The notes beneath the pieces are model-generated. The model was given only the letters and a program-made list of their open reading frames with translations, made no database searches and was not told the DNA's origin. Position numbers and translations under genes: made by a program. Below, piece after piece: positions 1 to 9,297 of a DNA stretch of 64,000 nucleotides. Numbering within the stretch: position 1 is the stretch's first letter; every line of letters starts with the position of its first letter. This DNA comes from Nitrospinales bacterium (GTDB taxonomy: Bacteria > Nitrospinota > Nitrospinia > Nitrospinales > JAJDAT01): assembly GCA_046757665.1 (NCBI GenBank), contig JBHHYO010000005.1, positions 1 through 64,000 of the forward strand. Reading direction: 5' to 3'.

Positions 1-97
1 CTAGATTTGTCAGTGAAGTTCGTCAAAAAATGGGTGGATAAGGATATAAAAAACTTGAACATATCTATTTTGACAAAATGAGGCTGGCTGGCTCGTT

Positions 98-1054
98 ATG
101 AACATATTGGTTACCGGCGGCGCCGGATTGTATGGAATCCACCTCATCGACATACTGGTGCGGCGGCCGGACATCGCCCGCGTCATCTGCGTCGATGATT
201 TTTCCAGGCAGTATTTCCAGGATGACCCCTTCATCAAGTCCCCGGAGTTCGACGCAAAATTCACCCTGATCAAAAAAAAGTTTTACGACCTGACGGTGGA
301 CGAACTGGACCGGATGGACCTGGACGCGGTGGTTCACCTGGCGGCGTTTATTTCCATTCCCGAGTCCATGGGGCGGGCGGACGACTATTTCCGCAACAAC
401 GAGTGGGGAACCTTTCACCTGATGCAGACGCTGTTGCGAACCAAAAACTGGCCGCTCATCGTTTACGCTTCCTCGCCGGAGGTTTACGGCAACCCCATCT
501 ATACGCCCATGGACACCAACCACCCCATGTTGCCACGCAGTATTTACGCCGTGACCAAGCTGGCGGCGGAAAAACATTGCAAAGCCATGCACGAATGGTA
601 TAAATATCCGGTAATCGTGATTCGCAATTTCAACACCTTCGGCGAAAACCAGGATATCGCCGGCAATGCCGGGGTGGTTTCCGCCTTCATTTTAAAGGCC
701 CTGAAAAACGAGCCGCTGGTCATCCACGACAACGGCCAACAAACCCGCGACTTCCAGTACGTAAAGGACGCCGTGCGCGCCTATTCCCTGGTCATCACCA
801 AGAACAAGCAACTCGCCGGAGAGGTCTTTAATATCGGCACCAAAAGGCAAACCTCCATCAAGGATTTGGCGTATCTGATCCGGTCGCTGGCGGGCTCGAA
901 CTCCGAAATCCTTTTCCAGCCCGGGCGGGCGGCGGACTTGATGTCCCTGGAGGCCGACTACACGCACATCCACGAAAAAACCGGGTGGAAACCGGAATAC
1001 AGCCTCGAAGAAGGTTTGAAACCCACCATCGAATGGTATAAAACATTAATATGA
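98..1054 (+). CDS. NAD-dependent epimerase/dehydratase (extended SDR, nucleotide-sugar modifying)
   Basis: N-terminal TGGAGLYG Rossmann motif, HLAA, ASSPEVYG, YAVTK (YxxxK), RNFNTFG, RDFQYV. Confidence 0.9.
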   Translation: MNILVTGGAGLYGIHLIDILVRRPDIARVICVDDFSRQYFQDDPFIKSPEFDAKFTLIKKKFYDLTVDELDRMDLDAVVHLAAFISIPESMGRADDYFRNNEWGTFHLMQTLLRTKNWPLIVYASSPEVYGNPIYTPMDTNHPMLPRSIYAVTKLAAEKHCKAMHEWYKYPVIVIRNFNTFGENQDIAGNAGVVSAFILKALKNEPLVIHDNGQQTRDFQYVKDAVRAYSLVITKNKQLAGEVFNIGTKRQTSIKDLAYLIRSLAGSNSEILFQPGRAADLMSLEADYTHIHEKTGWKPEYSLEEGLKPTIEWYKTLI

Positions 1055-2001
1055 AAAAAGCATTGGTAACAGGCGGCGCGGGCTTCATCGGCCGATGGCT
1101 GGTCAAGCGGCTGTTGCACGAGGACATCCGGGTCTGGGTTATCGACAACCTGGAAAACGGCCTCGAAAGCAACCTCGACGAGTTCAAGAACCACCCTCTG
1201 TTGGAGGAAGTGGTCATCGGCGATATCCTCGACGCGCGCCTGCTGAATTCCATGTTCAAGGAGAAGCCGGATATCGTGTACCACCTGGCGGCGCAGATCA
1301 ATGTCCACGAAAGCCTTCAGGACCCGAAAAAATCCTACGAAGCCAACGTCCGCGGCGCCTACAACGTGCTGGAAGCCTGCCGGCCGGACAAGATCAAGCT
1401 CATGCTCATGGGCACCTGCATGGTCTACGACGTCGCGCACAGCCGCGGGCCGATCAACGAGGAGCATCGTCTCAAGCCGGCGTCTCCCTATGCCGGGTCG
1501 AAGCTGGCGGCGGAGGTGCTGGCGGAATCGTATTGCCACGGCTATGGCCTGCCGCTGGTGACTTGCCGCCCTTTCAACACCTACGGGCCGTTTCAAAAAA
1601 GCAACATGGAAGGCGGCGTCGTTTCCATTTTCGTCAAACAAAGCGTTAACGGCGAAACCCTCAACGTGTACGGCGACGGATCGCAAACCCGCGACCTGCT
1701 TTACGTGGAAGACTGCGTCGAATTTCTTTACCGCGCTTCCCGGTGCGACCGGGCCGTGGGCCAGGTCATCAACGCGGGCCTGGGCAAGGACATCGCCATC
1801 AAGGATTTGGCCCGCCTGGTCTGCCCCGACGAAACCCGCATCCGCTTTGTCCCGCACCATCATCCCCAGTCGGAAATCCAGAAGCTGGTGTGCGATTATT
1901 CCCGGGCGCGCGCCCTGCTGGACTGGGAGCCCCGGATCGATCTGAAAACCGGGATCGGCAAAATGCGCGCATGGGTTCAGGAAAAATGCGTGTCGGCATA
2001 A
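1051..2001 (+). CDS. NAD-dependent epimerase/dehydratase (extended SDR)
   Basis: TGGAGFIG, HLAAQ, PYAGSK (YxxxK), RPFNTYGP; 4-nt overlap with the upstream gene. Confidence 0.9.
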   Translation: MKKALVTGGAGFIGRWLVKRLLHEDIRVWVIDNLENGLESNLDEFKNHPLLEEVVIGDILDARLLNSMFKEKPDIVYHLAAQINVHESLQDPKKSYEANVRGAYNVLEACRPDKIKLMLMGTCMVYDVAHSRGPINEEHRLKPASPYAGSKLAAEVLAESYCHGYGLPLVTCRPFNTYGPFQKSNMEGGVVSIFVKQSVNGETLNVYGDGSQTRDLLYVEDCVEFLYRASRCDRAVGQVINAGLGKDIAIKDLARLVCPDETRIRFVPHHHPQSEIQKLVCDYSRARALLDWEPRIDLKTGIGKMRAWVQEKCVSA

Positions 2002-2843
2002 CGGGAGCTTCCGGGTTCATCGGCTCCCATCTGTTGCGCGCCCTGGAGCGGCAAGCCGATGTTGTGGCCGCCGCGTTCCGCCGCCCCCGCCCGGCCCGTC
2101 CCCCCGGCGTCCAGGACCTCATCCCGTTCGTTAAAGACAAAGACATCATTTACCACCTGGCCGGAGTCAACCGGGGCGGCGATGCGGACCTCATCGAAGG
2201 CAACATCATGGGAACCTTCAATCTGATTCGGGCGGTGCAAGCCGCGGGCCAACCCGCGCGCATCATCTTCGCCTCTTCGGCACAGGTGTACAAACCGCCG
2301 CGCACGGCCCTGCCCCTGCGGGAAACCCACACGGCGCAACCCGCCACGCTCTACGGCGTTTGCAAAAAAACCGCCGAGGATCTGATCCGCCTGTCCGGAC
2401 TGGATTACACCCTCCTGCGGTTGACGAACGTTTACGGACCGGGGTGCCGCCCGAATTACAACTCGGTAGTGGCCACCTTCTGCCGCCGGGCGGCGGACGG
2501 GCTTCCTCTCACCGTCAGCGGCAACGGCAGGCAGGGACGCGACTTCATCTACATCGACGACGTGGTGCGGGCCTTTCTGCTGGCCGCGACGCGGCGCGGA
2601 AAACCCTCCGCTTACAATGTCGGTTCGGGACGGGTCACTTCACTGAGAACCATCCTGCAAAACATCCGCCGTATCCTGCCGGACACGCAGGTGACTTACC
2701 GGACGGAAACGGTGGGAGACGAAACTTCTTATTGTTGTGACAACTCCCGTTTCATGAAACAATATGGCTGGAAAACACGCACCTCCCTCCGCAAGGGAAT
2801 CGAGATAACGCTTGCCCACGCCCGGCAGAAGACCAACCCATGA
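1986..2843 (+). CDS. NAD-dependent epimerase/reductase, similar to the N-terminal domain of CapF/WbjC
   Basis: Start placed at ATG 1986 (MRVGITGASGFIG); HLAGVNR, YGVCK and NVYGPGCRPNYNSVVATFC recall CapF/WbjC. Confidence 0.8.
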   Translation: MRVGITGASGFIGSHLLRALERQADVVAAAFRRPRPARPPGVQDLIPFVKDKDIIYHLAGVNRGGDADLIEGNIMGTFNLIRAVQAAGQPARIIFASSAQVYKPPRTALPLRETHTAQPATLYGVCKKTAEDLIRLSGLDYTLLRLTNVYGPGCRPNYNSVVATFCRRAADGLPLTVSGNGRQGRDFIYIDDVVRAFLLAATRRGKPSAYNVGSGRVTSLRTILQNIRRILPDTQVTYRTETVGDETSYCCDNSRFMKQYGWKTRTSLRKGIEITLAHARQKTNP

Positions 2844-3244
2844 AAGACATCAAGATCACCAGCCTGGAAAAAAAATCCGACGAGAGAGGCTGGCTCATTG
2901 AAATGTTGCGCGGCGACGCCCTGAGCCCCGACAGGGAGTTCGGGCAAATCTTCGTGTCCGTCGCCCCTCCCGGCAAGGTGCGGGGCAACCACTATCACCG
3001 CCGGAAAATCGAATGGTTCTGCGTACCCACCGGAACCAGCCTCCTGCTCCTCAAGGACCGGGAGACCGGCGAGGAAATGGAAATCGGCATGGGAGAAAAC
3101 GATCCCAAGACCGTCAAGATCACCCCCGGCGTGGTGCACGCCATCAAAAACATCGGCGATAAGGACATGGTACTGCTGGTGTACGTCAACGAGCCGTTCG
3201 ACCCCGCCGACCCGGATACGTTCTATCAAAAAATTCTTGAATAA
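2840..3244 (+). CDS. Cupin-domain sugar epimerase/isomerase (WxcM/FdtA/CapF C-terminal-like)
   Basis: DERG, GQIFVS, RGNHYHRRKIEWF cupin motif, PGVVHAIKN, NEPFDPADPDTF. Confidence 0.85.
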   Translation: MKDIKITSLEKKSDERGWLIEMLRGDALSPDREFGQIFVSVAPPGKVRGNHYHRRKIEWFCVPTGTSLLLLKDRETGEEMEIGMGENDPKTVKITPGVVHAIKNIGDKDMVLLVYVNEPFDPADPDTFYQKILE

Positions 3245-3257
3245 CATGAGGGCGCTT

Positions 3258-3926
3258 ATGAAAAGCCGTTATCTCCGTTCCAGCTCGCCGCGTTGGGTCT
3301 TCACGCTTCTTTTTCTTTTAATCGCCGCAGTCCCCGCCGCCGGCGCGCCCAAGCCCCAGGAGCACATGGCGCTGATCCCCGCCGGGCCGTTCATGGCGGG
3401 AGAAATCGAGGCCCCAAAAAAAATGACGCTGGACACCTTCTACATGGACCAATACGAAGTCACGCAAAAAAAATTTCAATCCCTCATGGGAAACAACCCC
3501 TCGGACATGAAAGGCCCCGACCGCCCCGTCGAATCGGTGACCTGGTTTGAGGCCCGGGAATACTGCAACAAGCTGGGCAAGCGTCTGCCTACCGAATGGG
3601 AATGGGAAAAGGCCGCCCGGGCAGGCTCGACCACCAAGTTTTTCTGGGGAAACCGGGCGATGCCGGGGTACACCGAGTTCCTGGGCATGTGGAAGGAGGG
3701 GCACAACCCCGTCGGATCATTCAAACCAAATGCCTACGGACTCTACGACATGGCCGGCAATGTTTGGGAATGGACCGCCACCGACGAGGACGGGAAAAAA
3801 GTGATGCGCGGCGGCTCCTGGTACAACGGCGCCCATAACCAGCGCCATGCCAACCGCATTACCAACCCGCCGGGAAGACGTAACGCGGACATGGGGTTTC
3901 GTTGCGCCGCGGACCGTCAACCCTGA
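3258..3926 (+). CDS. Secreted formylglycine-generating-enzyme (FGE-sulfatase/SUMF1) family protein
   Basis: Signal peptide; YEVT, RLPTEWEWEKAAR, PNAYGLYDMAGNVWEW, RGGSW, GFRCA; start could be 3237 or 3246. Confidence 0.85.
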   Translation: MKSRYLRSSSPRWVFTLLFLLIAAVPAAGAPKPQEHMALIPAGPFMAGEIEAPKKMTLDTFYMDQYEVTQKKFQSLMGNNPSDMKGPDRPVESVTWFEAREYCNKLGKRLPTEWEWEKAARAGSTTKFFWGNRAMPGYTEFLGMWKEGHNPVGSFKPNAYGLYDMAGNVWEWTATDEDGKKVMRGGSWYNGAHNQRHANRITNPPGRRNADMGFRCAADRQP

Positions 3927-3969
3927 ACGGCTTCCCCCTCCTGCCCAGCCTGCCCCCAGGCCCTTCGAC

Positions 3970-4983
3970 ATGAAAAAAGTCTCCGCCATCATCGTCAACT
4001 GGAACGGCAAGGATGTCCTGCTGGATTGCCTCGAATCCCTGTCCCAGCAGGACTACCCCAACCTGGAAATCATCGTCAGCGACAACGGTTCCACGGACGG
4101 CTCGGTGGAAGCGGTGCGTGAGCGCTATCCGGATGCGCGGCTGTTGCAAAACGACGCCAACCTGGGGTTCGGCCCCGCCGTCAACCGCGGCCTCGCCCAG
4201 GCCGCCGGCGACTGCTTCCTTTTTCTGAACAACGATCTGTACCTCCAACCGGACAGCATCCGCCAACTCGTCGAGACACTCGAGGCCGAACCACAAACCG
4301 GCGCGGCGGTGCCGAAAATCCTCTACTACGAAAAACGCGACACCATCAATTCCTTCGGCGTGCGGGTGAACTACACCGGAATCTGTTACCCGCATCTCAT
4401 CGACTGCAAGGATTCGGACGATCTGCAATGCCTGGAAACGGCGTGCGGCGGAATTTTCATGTTCAAGCGGCAAGTGTACGAAACGGTCGGCGGGTTCGAC
4501 GAAGACCTGTTCCTCTACCACGAAGACCACGACCTGTCATGGAGAATCCGCCTGGCCGGATGGAACATCATGACCGCCCCGGCGGCGGTGATTTATCATC
4601 ACTACCATTTCCACAAGGGCAATTTTAAATACTACTCGTCCGAGAAAAATCGGCTCCACCTACTGCTGAAAAACCTGGAATGCAAAACCCTCCTGCTGGC
4701 CGCGCCCGCGCTGGCGCTGGTCGAAGCCGCGCAACTGGCGCATTCCCTCATGCACGGCTGGTTTTTGCAAAAAGTGAAAAGTTATTTTGAAATCCTCGCC
4801 CTCCTGCCGCGCATCCTCAAAAAACGCCGCGAGATACAAGCTCGGCGCAAGGTGGACGACACCGAAATCGTCCGCCTGTACCAGGGCGAACTGAAAGTCA
4901 GCGGCATGAAAAACCCTCTGCTGAGCCACCTCCTCAGCCCGGCGCTGAACTGCTACTGGCGGACGATCAAGAGGTGGATTTAA
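3970..4983 (+). CDS. Glycosyltransferase family 2
   Basis: AIIVNWNG, SDNGSTDGS, NLGFGPAVNRG, FLNND, GGFDEDLFLYHEDHDL. Confidence 0.9.
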   Translation: MKKVSAIIVNWNGKDVLLDCLESLSQQDYPNLEIIVSDNGSTDGSVEAVRERYPDARLLQNDANLGFGPAVNRGLAQAAGDCFLFLNNDLYLQPDSIRQLVETLEAEPQTGAAVPKILYYEKRDTINSFGVRVNYTGICYPHLIDCKDSDDLQCLETACGGIFMFKRQVYETVGGFDEDLFLYHEDHDLSWRIRLAGWNIMTAPAAVIYHHYHFHKGNFKYYSSEKNRLHLLLKNLECKTLLLAAPALALVEAAQLAHSLMHGWFLQKVKSYFEILALLPRILKKRREIQARRKVDDTEIVRLYQGELKVSGMKNPLLSHLLSPALNCYWRTIKRWI

Positions 4984-4993
4984 GGAGACAGCC

Positions 4994-5248
4994 ATGAAAT
5001 TTAATGTCAAGGCATATGCGCTTACCTTTGGGATTTGGTGGGGAGTGGGACTCTTTTTGTTGACGTGGTGGATTATTTTTCTTGAGGGCGCCAGCGGAGA
5101 CCCCACCCTAATCGGCAGAATTTATCCCGGGTACAACATCAGCCCGGTCGGCAGTGGTGTGGGCCTGATCTGGGGATTCGCGGACGGGTTTGTTTTCGGC
5201 GGAATTTTCGCCTGGCTGTATAACCTGCTCACCGCCAGGTTAAGTTAA
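4994..5248 (+). CDS. Small two-TM membrane protein (84 aa)
   Basis: AAGGAG RBS; two hydrophobic segments flanking YPGY; ends AWLYN. Confidence 0.75.
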   Translation: MKFNVKAYALTFGIWWGVGLFLLTWWIIFLEGASGDPTLIGRIYPGYNISPVGSGVGLIWGFADGFVFGGIFAWLYNLLTARLS

Positions 5249-5285
5249 TCATCGCGGGCCTGGAGGACGTCTTAAAAATTTTTCT

Positions 5286-5472
5286 GGTTCCTACGCTCTG
5301 CGTAGGAACCCTTTTGGAGACGCTCCCGCGTCATGGAAAATTTTGGGAACCCTTCGTTTCCAGGCGATAAGCCGCGGAGCGGCAAAAACCTCGTTCCCAC
5401 GCAGAGAGAACGAGATGAAGGCCCGGAACGTGGGAACGAGATGAAGGCCCGGAACGTGGGAACGAGATGAAG
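5286..5472. repeat. REP-like palindrome cluster plus 2.5 tandem copies of a 26-bp unit
   Basis: Perfect 11-bp stem GGTTCCTACGC-tct-GCGTAGGAACC (5286-5310); small hairpins at about 5319-5332 and 5371-5383; CTCGTTCCCACGC at 5390; GAACGAGATGAAGGCCCGGAACGTGG at 5408-5433 and 5434-5459, partial copy to 5472. Confidence 0.8.
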
Positions 5473-5477
5473 TCGGT

Positions 5478-6398
5478 TTAATGAGAAGGGCCGCATATTT
5501 CCCGCAGGGCGCTCTTGATGTCGGGATAATGAAATTCGTATCCGGCTTGCAAAATCTTGTCGGACGAAACGCGGGGATTGGAAAGTAGCAACTGCGACAT
5601 TTCTCCCAGCGCCAGTTTGAGGGCAAGGGCGGGGACGGGCAAGAAGGCGGGGCGGTTCAGGGTTTGTGCCAGGGCGCGGGTAAACTCCGCGTTGGACACC
5701 GTATTCGGGCCGGCGGCGTTATAAGCTCCTTGCATGGACGGGGTTTCCAGGGCATGGAGGACGATTCCCGCCGCGTCCCGGACATGGATCCAGCTCATCG
5801 GCTGTCCGCCGCCGCCCAATGGCCCGCCGAGGCCCAGCCGGAACACGGGCAGTATGCGGTTCATCGCCGCGCCGTTTCTGCCGATGACAAAAGCCAGCCG
5901 CAACACGACAACGCGAATGCCAAGCGATTCGGCGCGCACCGCTTCGCGCTCCCACTCCCGGCAGACGCCGGCGAGGAATCCCGTACCGGGCGGCGCGTCC
6001 TCGCGCATCACCGCGCCACTGTCCCCGCCGTAGTAACCGATGGCCGACGCGCAAACCAGAACCTCCGGTTTGGCCTCGAGCGCCGCCAGGGCATCGACGA
6101 GATGGCGGGTGGACTGGACTCGCGACCGCCTGATTTCCTCCTTGCGCGCCGCCGTCCAGCGGCGTTCCGCCACTCCGGCCCCGGCCAGGTGTATGACGGC
6201 GCGCACGCCTCGAAACGCCTCCGCCGGAGGCGCGGCGTGAGCAGGCCGCCAGGGGAAAATCGCGCATGGAACCGCCAGGCGCGCAGACGCCGTCTGCGGG
6301 TCGCGGCTCAACACAACGAGGTCATGACCCCTGTCCCGCAAAATAGCGGCAACCTGCCTGCCGATGAAACCCGCGGCGCCGGTGACGAGAACTTTCAT
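5478..6398 (-). CDS. TIGR01777/YfcH-family NAD-dependent epimerase-like oxidoreductase
   Basis: MKVLVTGAAGFIG, HLAGAGVAERRWT, ASAIGYYG, GFLAGVCREWE, GGPLGGGGQPMSWIH. Confidence 0.9.
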   Translation of the reverse strand: MKVLVTGAAGFIGRQVAAILRDRGHDLVVLSRDPQTASARLAVPCAIFPWRPAHAAPPAEAFRGVRAVIHLAGAGVAERRWTAARKEEIRRSRVQSTRHLVDALAALEAKPEVLVCASAIGYYGGDSGAVMREDAPPGTGFLAGVCREWEREAVRAESLGIRVVVLRLAFVIGRNGAAMNRILPVFRLGLGGPLGGGGQPMSWIHVRDAAGIVLHALETPSMQGAYNAAGPNTVSNAEFTRALAQTLNRPAFLPVPALALKLALGEMSQLLLSNPRVSSDKILQAGYEFHYPDIKSALREICGPSH

Positions 6399-6442
6399 GG
6401 ATGGAATGTGACTCGGCGTGTTTTGCGCGGCATGGAGCGCAC

Positions 6443-8023
6443 TCAGGATTTTCCCTTGTCCGCCAGACCGCTGAGCTTGTACTGAATGCTGTCCACCAGC
6501 GCCTGCCAACTGGCTTCGATGATGTTTTCGGAAACCCCGACCGTTTCCCACTTGGCCTGATGGTCGCCGGACTCGATCAGCACCCGGGTCTTCGCCTCCG
6601 TGCCTTTTTTCCCTTCGAGGATTCTCACCTTGTAATCCAGCAGGCTCATTTCCTTGAGTTCGGGATAGAACTTGATCAACGCCTTGCGGATAGCCTGGTC
6701 CAGAGCGTTGACCGGCCCGGAGCCCTCGGCGGCCATCACTTCCTGGACGCCGTTGACCTTGATTTTCACCGTGGCCTCGGAAATGGGCGTTTCATCCTCG
6801 CGCCGTTTTTCGACGATCACCCGGAACCCGATAAAATCGAAGAACAGCTCCTTTTTCCCCAGTGCGTCGCGCATGAGCAGTTCAAAGGAACCCTCCGCGC
6901 CCTCGTACTGAAACCCCAGGTTCTCCGCCTGCTTCAAATCGGCGAGGATTTTCTTGATTTTCTTGTCCTGGCCGTCGAGGTCCACCCCGTATTCCCGGGC
7001 TTTGTACTGGATACTGCTTTTGCCGGAGAGGTCGGAGATCAAAATCCGGGTATGGTTGCCGACGAATTCCGGATCGATATGCTCATAGGTGGCGCGGTTT
7101 TTACGGACGCCGCTGACATGGATTCCTCCCTTGTGAGCGAAGGCGCTTTTGCCCACAAAGGGCTGATGGTTCCAATGCGCCCGGTTGGCCAACTCGTCGA
7201 CGAAGGCGGAAATTTCTTTCAGCCGTTTCATTTGCTCATCGGAAACGCAGTCGAGTTTCAACTTGAGTTTGATATTGGCGATGAGGGAGACGAGGTTGGC
7301 GTTGCCGCAACGTTCGCCCAGGCCGTTGATGGTGCCCTGCACCTGTTGCGCGCCGGCCTCCAGCGCGGCGATGGCGTTTGCCACGCCCAACTCCGAATCG
7401 TTGTGCGTGTGGATGCCCAGTTTCGTATCGACGGATTGCCGCGCCGTTTTGAAAATGGAATAAATCTCGGACGGCAGAGATCCGCCATTGGTGTCGCACG
7501 GGACAATCCAGTCGGCGCCCGCCGACGCCGCCGCACCGATAACCTGCATGGCGTAATCGGGATTGTTTTTGTAGCCGTCGAAGAAATGCTCCGCGTCGAA
7601 GATCACTTCCCGTCCGTGTTTTTTGAGGAACGCGATGGTTTCGCCCACCATGTTCAGGTTTTCCTCCAGACTGGTGTTCAAGGCTTCCAGAACATGCAGG
7701 TCCCACGACTTTCCGAAAATGGTCACCGTTTCCGTTTCCGACCGGAGCAGGTCGGCGAGGTTGGGGTCGTCCTCGGCTTTTTTCCCCACTCGCCGCGTAC
7801 TGCCGAAGGCGACCATTTTCGCGTGACGGAAACCGGCGTGCTTGACCTTGCCGAAAAATTCGATGTCCCGCGGGTTGGCCCCCGGCCAGCCGCCTTCGAT
7901 GTAGTGCACCCCCAGTTCGTCCAGTTTGTGGGCGATGCGGATTTTATCCTCAACCGTAAAAGACACCTCCTCGGACTGGGAACCGTCGCGAAGCGTCGTA
8001 TCGTAAATCGTGATGGTTCGCAT
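6443..8023 (-). CDS. cimA: Citramalate synthase (LeuA/CimA family)
   Basis: YDTTLRDGSQ, EGGWPGANP, FDAEHFFDG, HTHND, GERCGNANL, AHKGGIH, C-terminal regulatory domain. Confidence 0.9.
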   Translation of the reverse strand: MRTITIYDTTLRDGSQSEEVSFTVEDKIRIAHKLDELGVHYIEGGWPGANPRDIEFFGKVKHAGFRHAKMVAFGSTRRVGKKAEDDPNLADLLRSETETVTIFGKSWDLHVLEALNTSLEENLNMVGETIAFLKKHGREVIFDAEHFFDGYKNNPDYAMQVIGAAASAGADWIVPCDTNGGSLPSEIYSIFKTARQSVDTKLGIHTHNDSELGVANAIAALEAGAQQVQGTINGLGERCGNANLVSLIANIKLKLKLDCVSDEQMKRLKEISAFVDELANRAHWNHQPFVGKSAFAHKGGIHVSGVRKNRATYEHIDPEFVGNHTRILISDLSGKSSIQYKAREYGVDLDGQDKKIKKILADLKQAENLGFQYEGAEGSFELLMRDALGKKELFFDFIGFRVIVEKRREDETPISEATVKIKVNGVQEVMAAEGSGPVNALDQAIRKALIKFYPELKEMSLLDYKVRILEGKKGTEAKTRVLIESGDHQAKWETVGVSENIIEASWQALVDSIQYKLSGLADKGKS

Positions 8024-8025
8024 GG

Positions 8026-9297
8026 TCAGACGGTTTCCGTTTTGGGTTGCGGGGTGGAGGAGGATTCGGCGGGCGCGTCCGACTCCAGGTTAAACTCCTG
8101 ATGCAGGGCGCGCACCGCCAGTTCGGTGTATTTGCTGTCGATGAGGCACGAGATACGAATTTCCGAAGTGCTGATCATCATGATGTTGACGTTTTCCCGT
8201 GAAAGGGTTTGAAACATTTTCGCGGCGACGCCGGAGTGACTGCGCATTCCCGCGCCGACGATGGAAATTTTGCTGATGTTGGAATCGAAGAAAACGTCAC
8301 GGGCCTTGATCTCCCGGGCCGTCTTTTTCACAACCTCGGCGGCTTGCGCCACGTCGGCGGTCGGCAGAGTGAAGGAGATATCGGTCAACCCGTCGGCGCT
8401 CACATTTTGAATGATCATGTCCAGGGAAAGGGACGTTTCCGCCAGGGGGCCGAAAATTTTCGCGGCGATCCCCGGCTGGTCCGGCACGCCCCGGATGGTG
8501 ATCTTGGATTGATTTTTGTCGTGCATGACTCCGGAAACTACCGGTTGTTCCATTCTTGGATCCTCCCTGCCGATCAGTGTTCCTTCGTCCCGTTCATTGA
8601 AGGACGATCTCACGACCAGCGGCATATTGAAGTTTCTGGCAAATTCCACGGCGCGGATTTGCACCACCTTGGCGCCCAGGCTGGCCATTTCCAGCATTTC
8701 GTCGTAAGACACCGAAAGCAATTTCCGGGCATCGGGGACGATCCGCGGGTCGGCGGTGTAAACGCCGTCGACGTCGGTGTAAATTTCACACCGCTGGGCT
8801 TCCAGGGCCACGGCCAGCGCCACCGCCGTGGTGTCCGAGCCGCCGCGGCCCAGCGTGGTGACGTCGCCCTGTTCGTTGATCCCCTGAAATCCGGCGACCA
8901 CGACCACATGGTTTTCCCGCAACAGGCTTTTGGCGCGCGCGCTGTTGATCTGCTTGATGCGGGCGCGTGTGTGCGCGTCGTCGGTCAGCATCCCCATTTG
9001 CCGCCCGGTGAGGGAAACCGCCGGACAGCCCAGGGCGTGCAGTGCCAGGGTGAGCAGAGCGCAGGAAATACGCTCGCCCGACGACAGCAGTAAATCGATT
9101 TCGCGCTGGCTGGGAGTTGCGGAAATCTCGTGAGCCAAGCCCAGCAATTTGTTGGTTTCGCCGGACATGGCGGAAACCACGACAACAATGTCCCGTCCCG
9201 ACCGCCGGGTGGCCGCGACCTTGGCGGCTACGGACTTTATTTTTTGCGTGTCGGCCACCGAGGTGCCGCCGAACTTTTGCACCACCAAACCCGGCAT
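8026..9297 (-). CDS. lysC: Aspartate kinase
   Basis: QKFGGTSV, VVVSAMSG, TTLGRGGSDTTA, YTDVDGVYTADP, two ACT domains (STSEI). Confidence 0.95.
   Translation of the reverse strand: MPGLVVQKFGGTSVADTQKIKSVAAKVAATRRSGRDIVVVVSAMSGETNKLLGLAHEISATPSQREIDLLLSSGERISCALLTLALHALGCPAVSLTGRQMGMLTDDAHTRARIKQINSARAKSLLRENHVVVVAGFQGINEQGDVTTLGRGGSDTTAVALAVALEAQRCEIYTDVDGVYTADPRIVPDARKLLSVSYDEMLEMASLGAKVVQIRAVEFARNFNMPLVVRSSFNERDEGTLIGREDPRMEQPVVSGVMHDKNQSKITIRGVPDQPGIAAKIFGPLAETSLSLDMIIQNVSADGLTDISFTLPTADVAQAAEVVKKTAREIKARDVFFDSNISKISIVGAGMRSHSGVAAKMFQTLSRENVNIMMISTSEIRISCLIDSKYTELAVRALHQEFNLESDAPAESSSTPQPKTETV

Noticed and set aside
1-81. 3' end of an upstream CDS (frame 1 open to TGA at 79-81)
   Set aside because: Only 26 codons are visible, too short to support a call.
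3258-3926. A true formylglycine-generating enzyme
   Set aside because: The catalytic Cys pair after RGGS is absent (RGGSWYNGAHN), as in many non-catalytic family members.
4994-5248. Small membrane protein as a prophage holin
   Set aside because: Size and topology are holin-like, but no endolysin or other phage genes are nearby.
5408-5472. 26-bp repeats as a CRISPR array
   Set aside because: The units are directly adjacent with no spacers, and there are no cas genes in the window.
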